A program made the translations under genes and the position numbers. The notes under the pieces were generated by a model. The model was not told where the DNA came from. It worked only from the letters and a program-made list of their open reading frames with translations, and did no database searches. A DNA stretch of 64,000 nt from Ginglymostoma cirratum (lineage: Eukaryota): assembly GCA_024137785.1 (NCBI GenBank), contig JAHRHZ010000032.1:4962149-5026148 (forward strand). Direction: 5' to 3'. This document shows, piece by piece, positions 38,450-52,269 of this stretch. The first letter of the stretch is position 1. Each line of letters begins with the position of its first letter.

Positions 38450-39470
38450 AGAATCTATCTACCTCTGCTTTAAGAATAATCAAGGACACTGGAACTCTCT
38501 TCTGGAAAAGGTGGTGGAAGCAAAGACTTAATACAAACTGAGGAAAAAAGGCCTAATGTTGTTTGCAATTGGGTGACAAAATTAAACAGTGATCTGGGTT
38601 CTAGATTCTCCTATAAGAGAAAACATTTTCTCCACCTTGACCTTGTCAAGATCCCTTAGGATCTTAAGTTTCAATCAAATTACATTTACTCTTGTAAAAA
38701 TCCAGGGAATACAAGCATAGTCTGTCCAATAGTTCTTCATGAAGTCTGCCTGTCCATTCCCAGATATTAGTCTGACAAACCTTCTCTGAACTGCTTCCAG
38801 TGCATTTACATGTCTTCTTAAGTAAGAGATTTTGAGTACAGGAGCAGGGATGTGTTGTTGCAGTTATACAGGGCCTTGGACCTAGAATATTGTGTGCAGT
38901 TTTGTGCCCATCTTTGTTATATCAGTGACCATACCTTCCGCTGTTTCATTGAATTCATTTATATAAATTGGAAACATTTGAGATCCCAGCACCAATCCCC
39001 GTGGCACACACACTCATTGCATCTCATTGCAAGCCTAAAGAAAAACCATTTATCCCTACTCTCTGATTCCTGTTCGCCGGCCAATCTTCTATCCATGTCA
39101 ATATGCCACCTACTGCAGCTTGAGACTTTATTTTCTAAAATAACCTTCGATGTAGCACTTTATCAAATACCTTCTGCAAATATAAGTATACTGCACACAT
39201 CCATTTCCTGTTATCCACATTTGTTTACTCCACAAAGTACTCGAATAGATTGGTCAAACACAATTTTCTTCTCACAAACCATGTTGACTATGCCTTAAAT
39301 CTATTAACTGTCCCACTATAACTGCCTTAATAACAGGCTTTATTGTTTATTTCCAGTGACAGATGTTAATTTCACTGGCCTGTAGCTTCCTGATTTCTGT
39401 GGGAGTTACATTTGCCATCTCCAATATTATGGGATTTTCTGCAAATCAAGGGCATTTTTGGAAAATAAAA
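38450..39470. mobile_element. Rearranged CR1 fragments in both orientations
   Basis: Plus-strand LLQLYRALDLEYCVQF (38852-38900) lies between minus-strand CR1 segments. Confidence 0.65.
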
Positions 39471-39546
39471 ACTTGGAAAAGATACCAGAACTACGTGAAT
39501 TTTCAATGATAGTTTAAAGTTGGAATCTGATGTGATATGTTACCAG

Positions 39547-39735
39547 CGATAACAAGGTGTGGAGCTGGATGAACACAGCAGGCCAAGCAGCATCATAGGA
39601 GCAGGAAAGCTTGACGTGTCTTGGCCCGAAACATCAAGCTTTCCTGCTCCTATGATGCTGCTTGGCCTGCTGTGTTCATCCAGCTCCACACCTTGTTATC
39701 TCGGATTCTCCAGCATCTGCAGTACCTATTATCTC
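39547..39735. mobile_element. Gap-free palindromic PLE-terminus mini-element (family A)
   Basis: Near-perfect inverted arms of about 65 bp; TSD tgatatgttaccag at 39533-39546 and 39736-39749. Confidence 0.9.
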
Positions 39736-40917
39736 TGATATGTTACCAGGAATGTGTGTGTAGCCACCAGGACAGGGAGATAGGTCAGTTTATGTGCAAG
39801 CTCCTCGGAGGGCAAGGTCACATTCCAGTTCTGTTGCAGGCGACATGGATGATATCCTCTTTGACCTTGACTACAGGAAAATGATGATGAATGCGCACAC
39901 AAAAGCACTTGATGCATTGGCATTGTCTGCCAAGTAGCCTGCAGTCACTGGATAGGAGCATGAGGAATCCAGCTCCAGCAGATCAGAGGATACTGTGGAG
40001 AGTCTGGAGCCCATGCTTTTTGCTATGAAGGGAGCATTTGATAACTGCAGTATCGGCCTTGACTGCAGCACAAGCCGAATCCTACTGAAGTAACTGCACT
40101 GCATTGGAAACTCAGACAGAAGTCTTCAGATTACCGGTTGCTGGTTTGCAGTCTCAAGGTCCAGACAGGTACCACAGACGGATGTCAAGGTGCTGCCTTG
40201 TAGCAGTGGCACCATGGAACACGAACCTGCTGTCCTCTCATCCTCCCATCATTGGCCTTGCTGCTGTCTGTCGGTCAGTTAACCAGCTCAGTCTGCTGCT
40301 GCCCATGCTGAAGGGGTGTAGTCCAAAGCTGGACTCCTCAAGGCCCGCAGTTGCTCAAGCCTGAGCTGCAAGGTCAGCTGCCGCTCTCCCAGTGAAGGTC
40401 AGCAGCCTTCCACCAGTCATGTTCCAGCATCTAGGATAGCATTACATAGGAGTGTTGGGTTAGACAAGATCACTGCAAGGCAGACACAAAGGAAGTACAA
40501 AACAATTATTAGCTTTTTTTGTATTATTTACTACTGGCTGCATAAAGTCATTATGTTATAATTGATGTGATTTTGAAGCAGGCCAAGGAGAATTTGCGAG
40601 TCTAATTCTGGGTATATTGTTTGGAAATGGTGGGTTCATGTAAATTCTGGCAAAGTCCCTTTTAATGAAACAAAGACACACAAGATGGTCACATTCACGC
40701 GATCCAGTTGCATTTGGGATATATGGTTTCCTCCCTTCCTCCTCCTTCTCTCCAGCTGCCAATGATGTGTCCTCAGGATCACAGAGAGATATTGCCTGGG
40801 ACCCTCATAATCATTAATACAATAGAGGATGCAGTGTACTGCATGGAGACTATCTCAGATGTTTCATCCACAAATTCCACCAATACCTTTCCTGGCACAC
40901 AATAAACCAAGAAATAA

Positions 40918-41282
40918 AATCACTGTTTCAGGAGTCCATTAACCCGATGGTTTGTTCCAGTGTAGCAGGTGATTCCACGTCTTTCAGTGTAGATCCTCTG
41001 ACTTTGTGAGGTAAGATGATGGAAGGTCAGAAGACTCTGTACGGAAGGGGCTGGAGGTAGCAAGTGTCCCACAGCCACCCTGCGGCTAGAAGTTCGTAGA
41101 TGGTGGGAATTGTTAACTGTGTAAAATCATCAGGTGCTGCCAGGCTAGAGCGCATTTATTGAAATATCTCAACGCATCACACATTCTGTGAGTATGGACT
41201 GAGTGATAATCCCTGTGGCTACAGTACTGCTACTTCATAGTGCCACATGGGTGCAGTCCTGAAGTACTGGAAAGCCTGTTAT
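40918..41282 (-). mobile_element. PIF/Harbinger transposase relic
   Basis: Ordered motifs on the minus strand: ITGFPVLQDCTHVAL, HRDYHSV...MCDA, PGST, LEQTIG / GLLKQ*F (cf. GFP..IDCTH, NRKGYHS..VCD, PGSxHD, ExxIGLLKxRF); frameshifted. Confidence 0.78.
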
Positions 41283-42624
41283 GATTATGAACACAAATGC
41301 CTCTCCATTCTGGGCCATCCTTCCTCATGGATAAAGTGGTTAATTTCTCCTCTTCTCCAAGAGTAAATCTGTCACCTCCAGGATATTTCTTTGCATAGCT
41401 AACATTTTGCTAATGCCATCAGCTTCTACCTGGAGGCATAGAAGATGCCTTCTCAAAGGGTTTATTGGATTGATCTGTGGGCCGCTGACATTCTGGTATG
41501 TGTCTTCTCCTCATGGCAGCCCCTTTGTATACATTGCTAACTCCTGAAAACAGACCTACAATTTTGTTTTTGGAGAAGAAGGTAAGTTTTAAAAAAAAAT
41601 CTAAAGTCAGTGACTTTACGTTTATACAAGCTCCAAGCTGAGCAACGGGCACTTAAGAAGTATTCAGTAGAGCTTGACTTTTCTAGTGTGACAAGTCAGA
41701 AACATTGTGCATCATACCAGAAGCCTTGGTATTGCAAAGAACGGAATGTTAGACAATGGGGTACATAATGAAATTTATAATTCAGAATCCCTCAATGCTT
41801 TACTTGTAAATACTGTAAAAGCATACAGGATGAAGGTTACCACAATGGGCAAGCCTTTGTATTTGGGCAAAGGCAAACACAGAAAATAGTAAATGAAATG
41901 GGAGTATGAGACAAGTTGTGATGTGTTTTTCGTAATCATCATATACCAAGTATCTCCGTTTTACATGTATCTGCTAAATGCTGTTCCAGCAAAAGTAAGC
42001 ATTCAATGTGCTAAGTAAATAGCATAATGGTGCTACAGAATTATATTGTGTTTTCAAACAGTGTTCATAAAATTGCCAACACAATTTGAGGTGAGAGGTT
42101 TCCATGGACACTTTCACAATTATACATGTGGGCTCTATAATCTGACTGCTGAATGCTTTCAAGAAGGCCATATCTCTAAACAAATGGCTTTCACAGAAAT
42201 GAATCAAACCCACAGAACTTTAACAACCCTTTGATTTCCTTTATACAAAATGTTTATTCTGGTGAGGGCATACAGTTATATAATATACTGATCATGCATC
42301 TAAGGCTGCACACAACATAATTTGACCAAACATATCTCATGTGAGTGAAATCTATGGCTTTTCTTCAAAACTCTTTCATATTTTCAGTCAACTTACAAAA
42401 AGTACATAATCTTAACCTAACTATTCGATCATGAAAATGTCACACCACAGGTCAAGTCGCAGCTTTTTAAATTAGCATACATTGTAATATATGGTATGCC
42501 TATGGATTATAGGGAAGGTGATACAATAACTTTTCCAAGCAAAGTCTATTCTACTGATTGCTTTTTCGGAAATAACATTGAAATTATAACAATGTTCTGT
42601 TTGCTCACCATATTAAATGACAAC

Positions 42625-43155
42625 ACTAATTTGCACTTATGCGCAACAAAACGTCCCAAGGCGCTTCACAGGGGAATTACAAAGCAAAATTAGACACTCA
42701 GCCACATTGGGCAATGTTAGAGAAAATAACTAAATGTTCAATCAAAGGATTGGTTTTCAGGAGCCTCTTAAGGGAAGAAAGAGCTAGAAATTTATATGGA
42801 TTTAGGGTGGCAATTCCAAAGTTTACACCTAAGCCACCAGTAGAGGAGTGATTAAAATCAATGATGCGCAAAGTCCAGAATTCATTGAGGGCAAATATCA
42901 CAGGTCTTGTGGGGCTGGACGATATTATAGAGATAGGGTGACGTGAGCCATAGAGGAGTCTGAAAAGCAGGATGAGAATCTTAGATCAAAGCATTGCTTG
43001 ACTTGACACCAACGTAGGTCAGTGATAGCAGGGAAAAAGGGAACAGAATTTGGTATAAGTAAGGACGCAGGCAGCAGAGTGCTAAATGACCTTAAATTTA
43101 TGGATTGTAGAATATGAGAGTTAAGCTAAGAATGCATTGAAATAGTTAGACTAGT
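42625..43155 (-). mobile_element. L2-like LINE 3' remnant
   Basis: Tail aaacgtcccaaggcgcttcacagg; resembles the reverse complement of 20450-21090. Confidence 0.55.
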
Positions 43156-43165
43156 GTAAAAAAAA

Positions 43166-43312
43166 CTCTCCAATGTAGACTAGGCCACATTGGGTGCAGC
43201 GAATACAATACACAAGATTGGAGGAGGTACAGGTGACATGCTGCTTCACCTAGAAAACCTGTTTAGGTCCTTGGATGGTGAGCATGGGGAAGGTGAAGGA
43301 GCAGGAATTGCA
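43166..43312 (-). mobile_element. PLE (Neptune-type) GIY-YIG endonuclease fragment
   Basis: Reads KQHVTCTSSNLVYCIRCTQCGLVYIGE. Confidence 0.82.
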
Positions 43313-44675
43313 CTGAGGGTTGTGGTGGAGGATTGTTTTTCGGACTGAAGGCATGTGGCTAGCGGTATGCCGCAGAGGTCATTGCTGGGTCCACTGCTTT
43401 TTCTCATTTACATAAATAATTTAGATGTGAATATAGAAGCAATGGTTAGTAAGTTTGCAGATGTCACCAAAATTGGTGGTGTAGTGGACAATGAAAAAAG
43501 GCTTTCTCAGAGTTAAATGGACCTTGATCAGACGGGCCTTTGGGCTAGAAATGGCAAATGGAGTTTAATTTAGATAAATGTGAGGTGTTGCATTTTGGTA
43601 AGGCAAATCAGGGCAGGACTTATACACTTAATGGTAGGGTCCTAGGGAGTGTTGCTGAACAAAGAGACTTTGGGGTGTAGGTTCATAGTTCCTTGAAAAT
43701 GGAGTCACAGGTAGACAGGATAGTGAAGAAGGCATTGGGTACACTTGTCTTTATTGGTCAGTGCATTAATTATAGGAGTTAGGATGTCATATTGCAGCTG
43801 TATGGGACATTGGTTAGGCCACTTTTGGAATACTGTGTTCAAATCTGGTCTGGGAAAATAGGTACCGCAGATGCTGGAGAATCCGAGATAACAAGGTGTG
43901 GAGCTGGATGAACACAGCAGGCCAAGCAGCATCATAGGAGCAGGCTGCTTGGCCTGCTGTGTTCATCCAGCTCCACACCTTGTTATTTCANNNNNNNNNN
44001 NNNNNNNNNNNNNNNNNNNNNNNNNNNNNNNNNNNNNNNNNNNNNNNNNNNNNNNNNNNNNNNNNNNNNNNNNNNNNNNNNNNNNNNNNNGCTGCTTGGC
44101 CTGCTGTGTTCATCCAGCTCCACACCTTGTTATTTCAAATCTGGTCTCCCTGCTATAGGAAAGATGTCGTTAAATTCAAAAGGCTGCAGAAAGAATTTCC
44201 CAGGATGTTGCCGGGATTGGAGTGTTTGAGCTTTAGAGAGAGGCTGAATAGGCTTAGAGCTATTTTCCCTGGAGTGTCGGAGGCTGAGGGGTGACCTTAT
44301 AAAAGTTTCTAAAATCATGAGAGGTATGAATAGGTTGAATAGACAAGATCATTTTCCTAGGGTAGGGGAGTCCAAAACTAGAGGGCATAGGTGTAAGGTG
44401 TAAGGGGAAATATATAAAAGAGATCTAAGGAGCAACTTTTTCACTCAGAGTGTGGTACGTGAATGGAATGAGCTGCCAGAGGAAGTTGTGGAGTCCGGTA
44501 CAATTACAACATTTAAAAGACATCTGGATGGGTACATGAATAGGAATGGTTTACAGGGATATGGGCTAAATGCTGGCAAATGGGATTAGATTATTTCAGG
44601 ATATCTGGTTGGCATGGACGAGTTGGACCAAAGGGTCTGTTTCCATGCTGGACAGCTCTATGACTCTGTGACTCT
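43313..44675 (+). mobile_element. CR1 LINE 3' remnant, split by a family A mini-element
   Basis: SKFADVTKIGGVVD, KWQMEFNLDKCEVLHFG, YCVQIWS|PCYRKDV; terminal ctctatgactctgtgactct. Confidence 0.92.
43852..44133. mobile_element. Palindromic PLE-terminus mini-element (family A) with 100-N gap
   Basis: TSD ttcaaatctggtct at 43838-43851 and 44134-44147. Confidence 0.85.
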
Positions 44676-45941
44676 AGGTGTCTCAAACAAGGGATAGCAA
44701 ATGATGACAACAATTCCTTTAACTGGAAAGGCTATTAGTTTTTTTTGATAATTTTCCATGCCTAGTTTTATATACCTTTTAATGATCTGTGTACCAGGAC
44801 TTTCACGTCTTTGGATGTCTCCGATTTTTAGTTGTTTACCATTTAGGAATTAGTCAGAAGAAAGGTTATCAACTTGAAATATTGACTCTGATTTTCCTAG
44901 CCTCCAGACTTGGCCAGGCTTGCTGGGTATTTCCAGCATTTTCGGATATCTTTCAGATTTCCACCAAAGCCAGTGTTTTGCTTTTGACCCATTTTCCTTT
45001 GCTCTTTATTTTCTGTCAGTCAATGAACTTTCTAGTTATGAAATAAATATCACATCTGACAAGGAGGATTGCATACTGGCTTCAGTGTAAAAGAAATTGA
45101 TGTGAAACCTCAATAAAAAAAAGCGTAGAGTCATGATTGTTAAAACAAATTTGGATGGTTAACTGCATGATATTTTAATGATCAAAAGTATGATTATCAT
45201 GTTGGTGATATTGTAATCATTACGTTTACACACTAATAGGAGCAATCTAAGCAGCCACTCTATATTTTTGTGAAGGAGACATGTATTGGGATTCAGGAAG
45301 GTTGTCAAGTTTGCAAACCCATCTCATTTAAGAAAGTCCTCACCTGCTATACTTCCATTCCAGGGAGGGTGGTATAGGATGAGATGGGGTCTGCTGCTGC
45401 AAAGGCAGACCAGAGGCATCAATGGAGGCAGATATGGGCAGGCTCAAACACCCACTTCTGACTACTGTGAATATCAGGTCCTCTAGCCTTCAACCCCTTG
45501 CCCACATCCAGCCCATGGACCCAATTTCCGGAGCAGACACCATGAGCCCATTGCCCTCCTTCCAGACAGTGACATTCTGTATCAGTAAAAGCAGGCTCAT
45601 CGCCAAATAGATAGATTCAGCACAAATGTCTGGCTGAGCTCCAAAAATGGATAATCCACTTAGTTCTCAGGGAGAGGCAGGAGGGGAGGGAATGCATTAT
45701 TTGATTGGCATCTCTAGTACCTTGAAATGGCCATTTTATTGAAGATGTTTTTTCCCACTCTTTGCGTGTTTATTGATAAAAACCTAAGAGGTCCTGAATG
45801 GATTGAAGCTTCTGCACTTTGATGACCTGAATGGCTATGATTGGTTCACATCATAGTGAGAAGGTAAGAAAGCTAATATACCTCAATGTGGATGTTGAAT
45901 GGCTGTTGTATTTGGCTGCTAGCTCTGGACAAAGGATCCTC

Positions 45942-45943
<2 letters not shown>

Positions 45944-45973
<30 letters not shown>
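45944..45973. repeat. (TG)15 microsatellite
   Basis: Direct count. Confidence 0.95.
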
Positions 45974-45974
<1 letters not shown>

Positions 45975-47703
45975 CGTATGCGTGTGCTGTGCATTTTGAA
46001 CAACTGCGCATCACCAGCATTCAGGTGGTAAGGATAGGTGTAGTGTGCAAGAGTTCATTACTTACACCGTTACCACGTGGCAGCAAAAACTGCTGGAAAA
46101 AGGAATGGAGGTGCAAGTGTCAGAATTGGATCCTGCTTACCATTACTAAATGTATCCTGAGTCAGCCCAGCTAGGCAAAATTCCAGGCCTATGCATGTGT
46201 GTGAGTAACATCTATGAGGTACTCAATGAGTTATCAGACAATGTAAACCATTTGTATCAATGGAAAGGTTATGACAACACTGAGTTTTCAATGGTGTATA
46301 ACATCACAATAGCATAGTTTTTTCTTCTGGTTCTCCATTATTCTGCTCCCGCGCTCCCCCCTCCCCTCCCACCCCCGCCACACTCCTTTTCCTCTTTGAA
46401 GTTTGTGGGTGTGCATTCTCTTACAAAAATACATTTGGAAATAAGATCTATTTCACCACTCATAATATGATTAAAAGAATTTTATGATAGGAATAACAGA
46501 TATAATACATCATTAATCTTTAAATGGGTAGTTGCATAATATTTTCTTGCTTCTTTTTTGCTGAAGATCAATGCATTGCACTGAGAAGCTAACAATTAGT
46601 GGTACAATTAAGAATATAGCAATCGAAAAAGGAGGGATGTATATAATAACTGCATGTGCAATAGTCCCAATGAATGGTAGAGTAACATTTTTCAACGGTA
46701 GGGAACACTTTAAGGTACAAAGAGAAAATGAGTTATGGACTATAATACATAATATTTCAGAGCAGAATTGCAATTGCAATCTTTAGTGAGATTAATAACA
46801 TTAATCAGTTCTCTCTATTAGTGATTAGGTCCAGATATTAGGTCCTTTGGTTCACTGTCAATAAAGTGGAAGATTCTTACTTTTTTTTATTAAACTCATA
46901 GTTCTTACTTTAAACTTATGTGCAGGCTGTTTTTGTTTTAAAAATATGCACCATGGGTCAAACCTGGGTCAACCTTAATTACAAATTCTTCATCTAAACT
47001 CATACATTTAGACTTGCTTTCTATGTTTGAGAAACCTAGACATAATATTTACATCAACTACAAATTAGCCATTTTTTCCTGAACCAATCAGACTAAAAAA
47101 AAACCTCATTATGGATTACATCCAATGTCAAAAGAAGCCACCTAAGATTTGTGTGTTAACAATGAAAATAGTCAATATTTCAAGTCAGCCAGCTTCCATG
47201 AAAATGGCATTACTGTCTGTTAAAATGAACCCAGGGGAAGGCTGGAATGTTTAACAGCAAAGCAAAGAGATCGTAAGCCTCTTACATTTTCTGGCCATGT
47301 TTAATATCCAGGCTAATGGGCGAGAGGGCTGGCAAAAAATTAAATTGATCATCAAGTACAAAATTGAACCAGATTCCAGGACACGTATGCTCAGAACATG
47401 TAACTTCCCTCCACACCAACCGCACCCTCAATATTTTCCTGAACCCAAACATACAGATTCCTGGTTTTCCTCACATTTTACAGCCAGATGTTGCATATCA
47501 CAGCAACCAGTAAAATCAATCTAAATGCTGTGAGCGTTTAACTGATTCCAATTTTCACATGCAAGAACTATTTGTAGTGCGTACCATTTGAAAGAGACTG
47601 ATTTAATCTGAAGACTTTCTGAACCAGCATATGCATGGTACAGAAACAACATCAAGAATTTCCAGTCCTCACAAAGGAAACAAAGTTTAATGTTTCTTTT
47701 CCC

Positions 47704-48050
47704 TTTATTCATTCACAGGATGAGGGCGTCATGGGTTAGACAGTGTTCATTGCTCATCCCTAATTGCCCAGAGGGCAGTTATGAATGAACCACGTTGCTG
47801 TGGGTCTGTAGGCTAGACCAGGTAATGATGTCAGTTTCCTTTCCTAAAGGACATTAGTGAACCAGATGGGTTTTTTCCCCAACAATCAACAAGGGTATTC
47901 ATCATTATCAAAATCTTGATTCCAGATATCTATTAAATTCAAATTCCATCATCAAATTCCATGGCAGGATTCAAACCCTGGTCCCCGAAACATGATCTGG
48001 GTCTATGGATTGACAGTCCAGCAATAATACCACTAGGCCATTGCCTTCCC
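47704..48050 (-). mobile_element. tRNA-derived SINE
   Basis: Full-length copy of the same family. Confidence 0.86.
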
Positions 48051-49074
48051 TGGTTTCCTATTACGGAAAGTAGTCCTGTCTCAGAAAATCTGTTGAATTT
48101 TTTCAGGCTGAATTGGGAGATTTAAGAAAAAAACCTGGTCCACATATTTAGATTATTGCCAACAACTGGAGAACATGCCAGTATCAAATAATGTAAGCAC
48201 CATGAAGGAAGACATGCCTTACCATTTCCTAACTAGTGATCCCCATATTTGGCATCACAATCAAAATACACTGCCTGTTAACTTTTCAGATAAGTTTGCC
48301 ATTGTAATCAAATTGTGTGAATCCAAAGGGTCACTCATAAGCCAATGAAGATTCCCTGTCTACAATGTTGTATGTTTAAATTGTGGGCAACGGTATTACA
48401 TTTGGAAATGTATTGTAACCAAGTAAAACAAAAGAATTACATAATTAAGTGGAAAAAGTTATATATAATTGCATTAGTTGAACAAAAATTAATATTAAGT
48501 AAAAGAGTTTGAAATATAATTATGAATTTGTAGACATACTATTTATACCAATATATGTCACAAAAACAACTCGAAATTATATAGCGCCTTTACCATAGTA
48601 AAACATCTAGACAGGCAATGACACCAAGGGAAATTCTTCAATTCATAGCTCTATGTTATAGAAAGAAATTTCTTTTTGAATACAAGAACTTTTTTTTTAA
48701 GAATGGTGACAGAAGAGACAAGCGATGAGAGACAATGTGTCCTCAGAAGCGATCACTTACCACTATATTCCTAACTCACATGAATGGTTAACTCCACTTG
48801 AATTATCATAACAGTTATGCCAGCAAATTCACTTAACACTTCAATATTGATATGCTATAAGAAAATTGCTTTCAAGCCAATACAAGTTACAATTATGCCA
48901 ATACTTACACTGTAATCACCATTACTTCACTCTGATGTGATACAGCTCAAAATACTCCCCTGGGACAAAGCCAATTCGAGAAAAGATAAGCCTATAACTG
49001 CATTTCTGAATCTTTTCACAATGTAGAGGATATATTGCAAACATTTCACATTCCTATTATTTCACATTACTGAA

Positions 49075-51162
49075 AAGCAAGAACAAGCCAACACAATAAT
49101 GGTTCATTGGAGAGTGCAGGTGGGTATGCCAGGTGCATCATGTGAAAATGAGGTGTCAACCTGGCGAAGCTACCAAACAAGACTACTTGTGTGCCAAACA
49201 GCATAAGCAGCAAGTGATAGACAGAAATAAGCAATCCCACAACCAACAGATCAGATCGAAGCTCTGCAGTCCGGCCACATCCAGTTGTGAATGGTGGCAG
49301 ACAATTAAACAACTCACTGGAGGAGGATGCTCCACAAATATCCCTTTCATCAATGATGGAAGAGCACAGCACATCAGTGCAAAACATAAGACTAAAGTAT
49401 TTGCAGCAACTTCAGCCAGAAGTGCCAATTGGATGACTCATCTCAGCCTCATCTCACATACGGTCCCCGGAAAGGTAGAGGGTTTTAGTTGTGATGGGCA
49501 GCATGTTGGTGCAGGCTTGGAGGGCCGAAGGGCCTGTTCCTATGCTGTAACTTTCTTTGTTCTTTGTTCTCTAGTGGTCCCCAGCATAACAGATACCAGT
49601 CTTCAGCCATTTTGATTCACTGCACGTGACAGCAAGAAACAGTTGGAGACATTGGATATTGCAAAGGCTAGAGGATCTGTCAAAATTCCAGTAATAGTAC
49701 TAATGGCTTGTGCTCCAGAACTTGCTGCTTCCCTACTCAAGCTCTTTCAGTACAATTACAACATTGGTATCTACCCAACAATGTGGAAAATTGCCCAGGT
49801 ATGTCCTACACAAAAAGTAGGTCACAACCCAGCTGGCCAATTATTGCCCTATCAGTCTACTCTGAATCATCAGTAAAGTGATGGAAGGTGTCATCAACAG
49901 TGTTATCAAGCAGCACCTGCTCAGTAATAACCTGCTCAGTGACACTCAGTTTGGGTTCCACTCGGGCCACTCAGCTCCTGACCTTATTACAGCCTTATTT
50001 CAAATATGGACAAAGGAGCTGAATTCCAGAGTTGAGCTGACAGCGACAGCCCTTGATATCAAGGCTGCACTTGACTGAGTGAGGCATCAAGAAAGCCAAG
50101 CAAAACTGGAATCACTGGGTATTAGGGGTGAATTCTTCAGTGGTTGGAGTCATCTCAGCTCCAGGATATTTCCGCTAGAGTTCCTCAGGGTAGTGTCCTA
50201 AGGTCAACCATCTTCAGCTGGTTCATCAATGACAATTGCAAGGTCAGGAACGGGGATGTTCGCTGATGATTGCACAATATTCAACACCATTTGCGACTCC
50301 TTAAATACTGAAGCAGTCCATGTTCAAATGCACAAGATCTGGACAATATCCAGGCTTGGGCTGACAAGTGGCAACTAACATTCATGCCACACAAATTCCA
50401 GGCTATGACCATCACCAATAAGAGACACTCTAACCACTGCCCCTTGACATTTAATAGTGTTACCATCGCTGAATCACCCACCATGAATACCCTGGGGATT
50501 ATCATTGGACAGAAGCGCAACTGGACTTGCCACACAAATACAGTAACTTCAGGAGTAGGTCAGGGGCTAGGAATACTGCAATGAGTAACTCACGTCCTGA
50601 CTCCCAAAAGCCGGTCCATCATCTACAAGGCAAGAGTCAGGAGTGTGACAGAATACTCCCTACTTCTTTGGATCAGTGCAGCTAGAACAACATTCAAAAA
50701 GCTTGGCACCATACAGAATAAAGCAGCCCACTTGACTGACACTACATCCACAAGCATCCACTCCCACCACCACCAGTGCTCAGCAGCATCAGTGTGTACT
50801 ACCTACAAGACGCACTGCAGAAATTCACCAAAGATCATCTGACTGCACCTTCTAAACTCACAACCACTTCCATCTAGAAGGACGAGGGCAGCAGATACAT
50901 GGAAACACCATCACCTTCAAGTTCCCCTCCAAGCCAGTCACCATCCTGACGTGGAAATATATCAGCGTTTCTTCACTGTAGTTGGGTCAAAATCCTGGAA
51001 TTCACTTTCCCATGGCATTGTGGGTCAACTCACAGTAGGTGCACTGCAGGGGTTCAAAAAGGCAGCTCACCACGCTTTCTCAAGAGCAACCAGGGATGGG
51101 CAATAAATGCTAGCCAGCTAGCTACATCCATACCCTACATCCCACAAATGAACAAAAAAAAA
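49075..51162 (+). mobile_element. CR1/L2-group LINE ORF2 remnant with intact 3' end
   Basis: RT motifs QFGF..GHSAPDLI, ALDIKAA.D, VPQGSVL, MFADDCT; ends ggatgggcaataaatgc...atgaac(a)n. A CR1 tail is inserted at about 49455-49570. Confidence 0.9.
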
Positions 51163-52269
51163 GAGCTGTGACAGTACATTTTCTAATGGAGGCTATCTGG
51201 ATATCTTGCTCAAGAAGGTTACAGCATATTTTTTTGTCTGTACTGTGAAATGGTATTGTCTGCGGTTCACATTGATAAAAAAACATTTAAAGATGTTAAG
51301 TTTCACTGAAAAAGGCATTTTGCTGAAGGCATTCATTTTGAACTCATCAGGACAATTCACAAGAATACCATCCAAGGAGAAAATAAAACATCCATACTGA
51401 ATGAGAGGAGAATGCTGATTGGTTGGCAAGTGAACAACGATTGGTTGGAGTGTTGCCATTAAGATGTATCAAATGTCCAGTTCAGAGTTATGATCTCAGT
51501 TGATTTAATGACTGGACAAGACAGACTCCAGACAGGAACTCAGCTTGATAGGTCATACTTTTATTTGCTTTAGTTTTCACTCAGTGGTCTCTCATTGTAA
51601 CATAAGTATGTAGTGCTGCAGACTTGCTTAGATAATAAAACAGAAGTTTATTACAAAACAAATGTTAAAATAGTCAATCCAAACTATCTATTTGTTATAG
51701 AAACTTCAAAGTATTAAAAGCACTCTAAAAGTCTTATTAATCACAAAACACTCCTTCATAAAATGAAAACAAGCAGACGGCTTTTGTACAGTACCAAACC
51801 GTCACTTCTGGTACAATTCCAAACATCACTCGTATGACACTGACACTGGAATACCTGTATCTAACATCTTAGTAGTTTTAAGTCACTTGCAACTTCTGGA
51901 CTAGAACTACGATAGCTCCTCACTGGTGCGATCATACATCTAAGGTTCAATGTACTCAGTTTAAGTAAACACTTCTGTGCTTTTAATCCCAGCACAAGGT
52001 CTGGTACTAACACTAACCTTTCACTCCGAGGTAATCTATTCACTCAATCTATTATTCCCTTTTCAGGAGTATTGTTGTATACAACTATCCTGTTCCAAGG
52101 TCTTCCCAGGATTAAAATGCTACTCAAAGTTCAAAGCAAAATGAAAAGTCTCTCAATTATTGGGATTTCCCTTAAGCATAAAGCATCCTCAAATTTCAAA
52201 TCTCTCTACAAACCTTCGAGGCCCCATTATTTACCATGCAGGATCACACACTTTCTGAAACGAACATCA

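Noticed and set aside
11246-45986. Shared 13-mer gcgtatgcgtgtg after two GT microsatellites
   Set aside because: Expected from decay of alternating purine-pyrimidine repeats.
48760-49069. Two exon-like segments with GTAAGT donors on the minus strand
   Set aside because: No signal-peptide or Ig frame, stops are present, and one acceptor lies at a LINE edge; no independent support.
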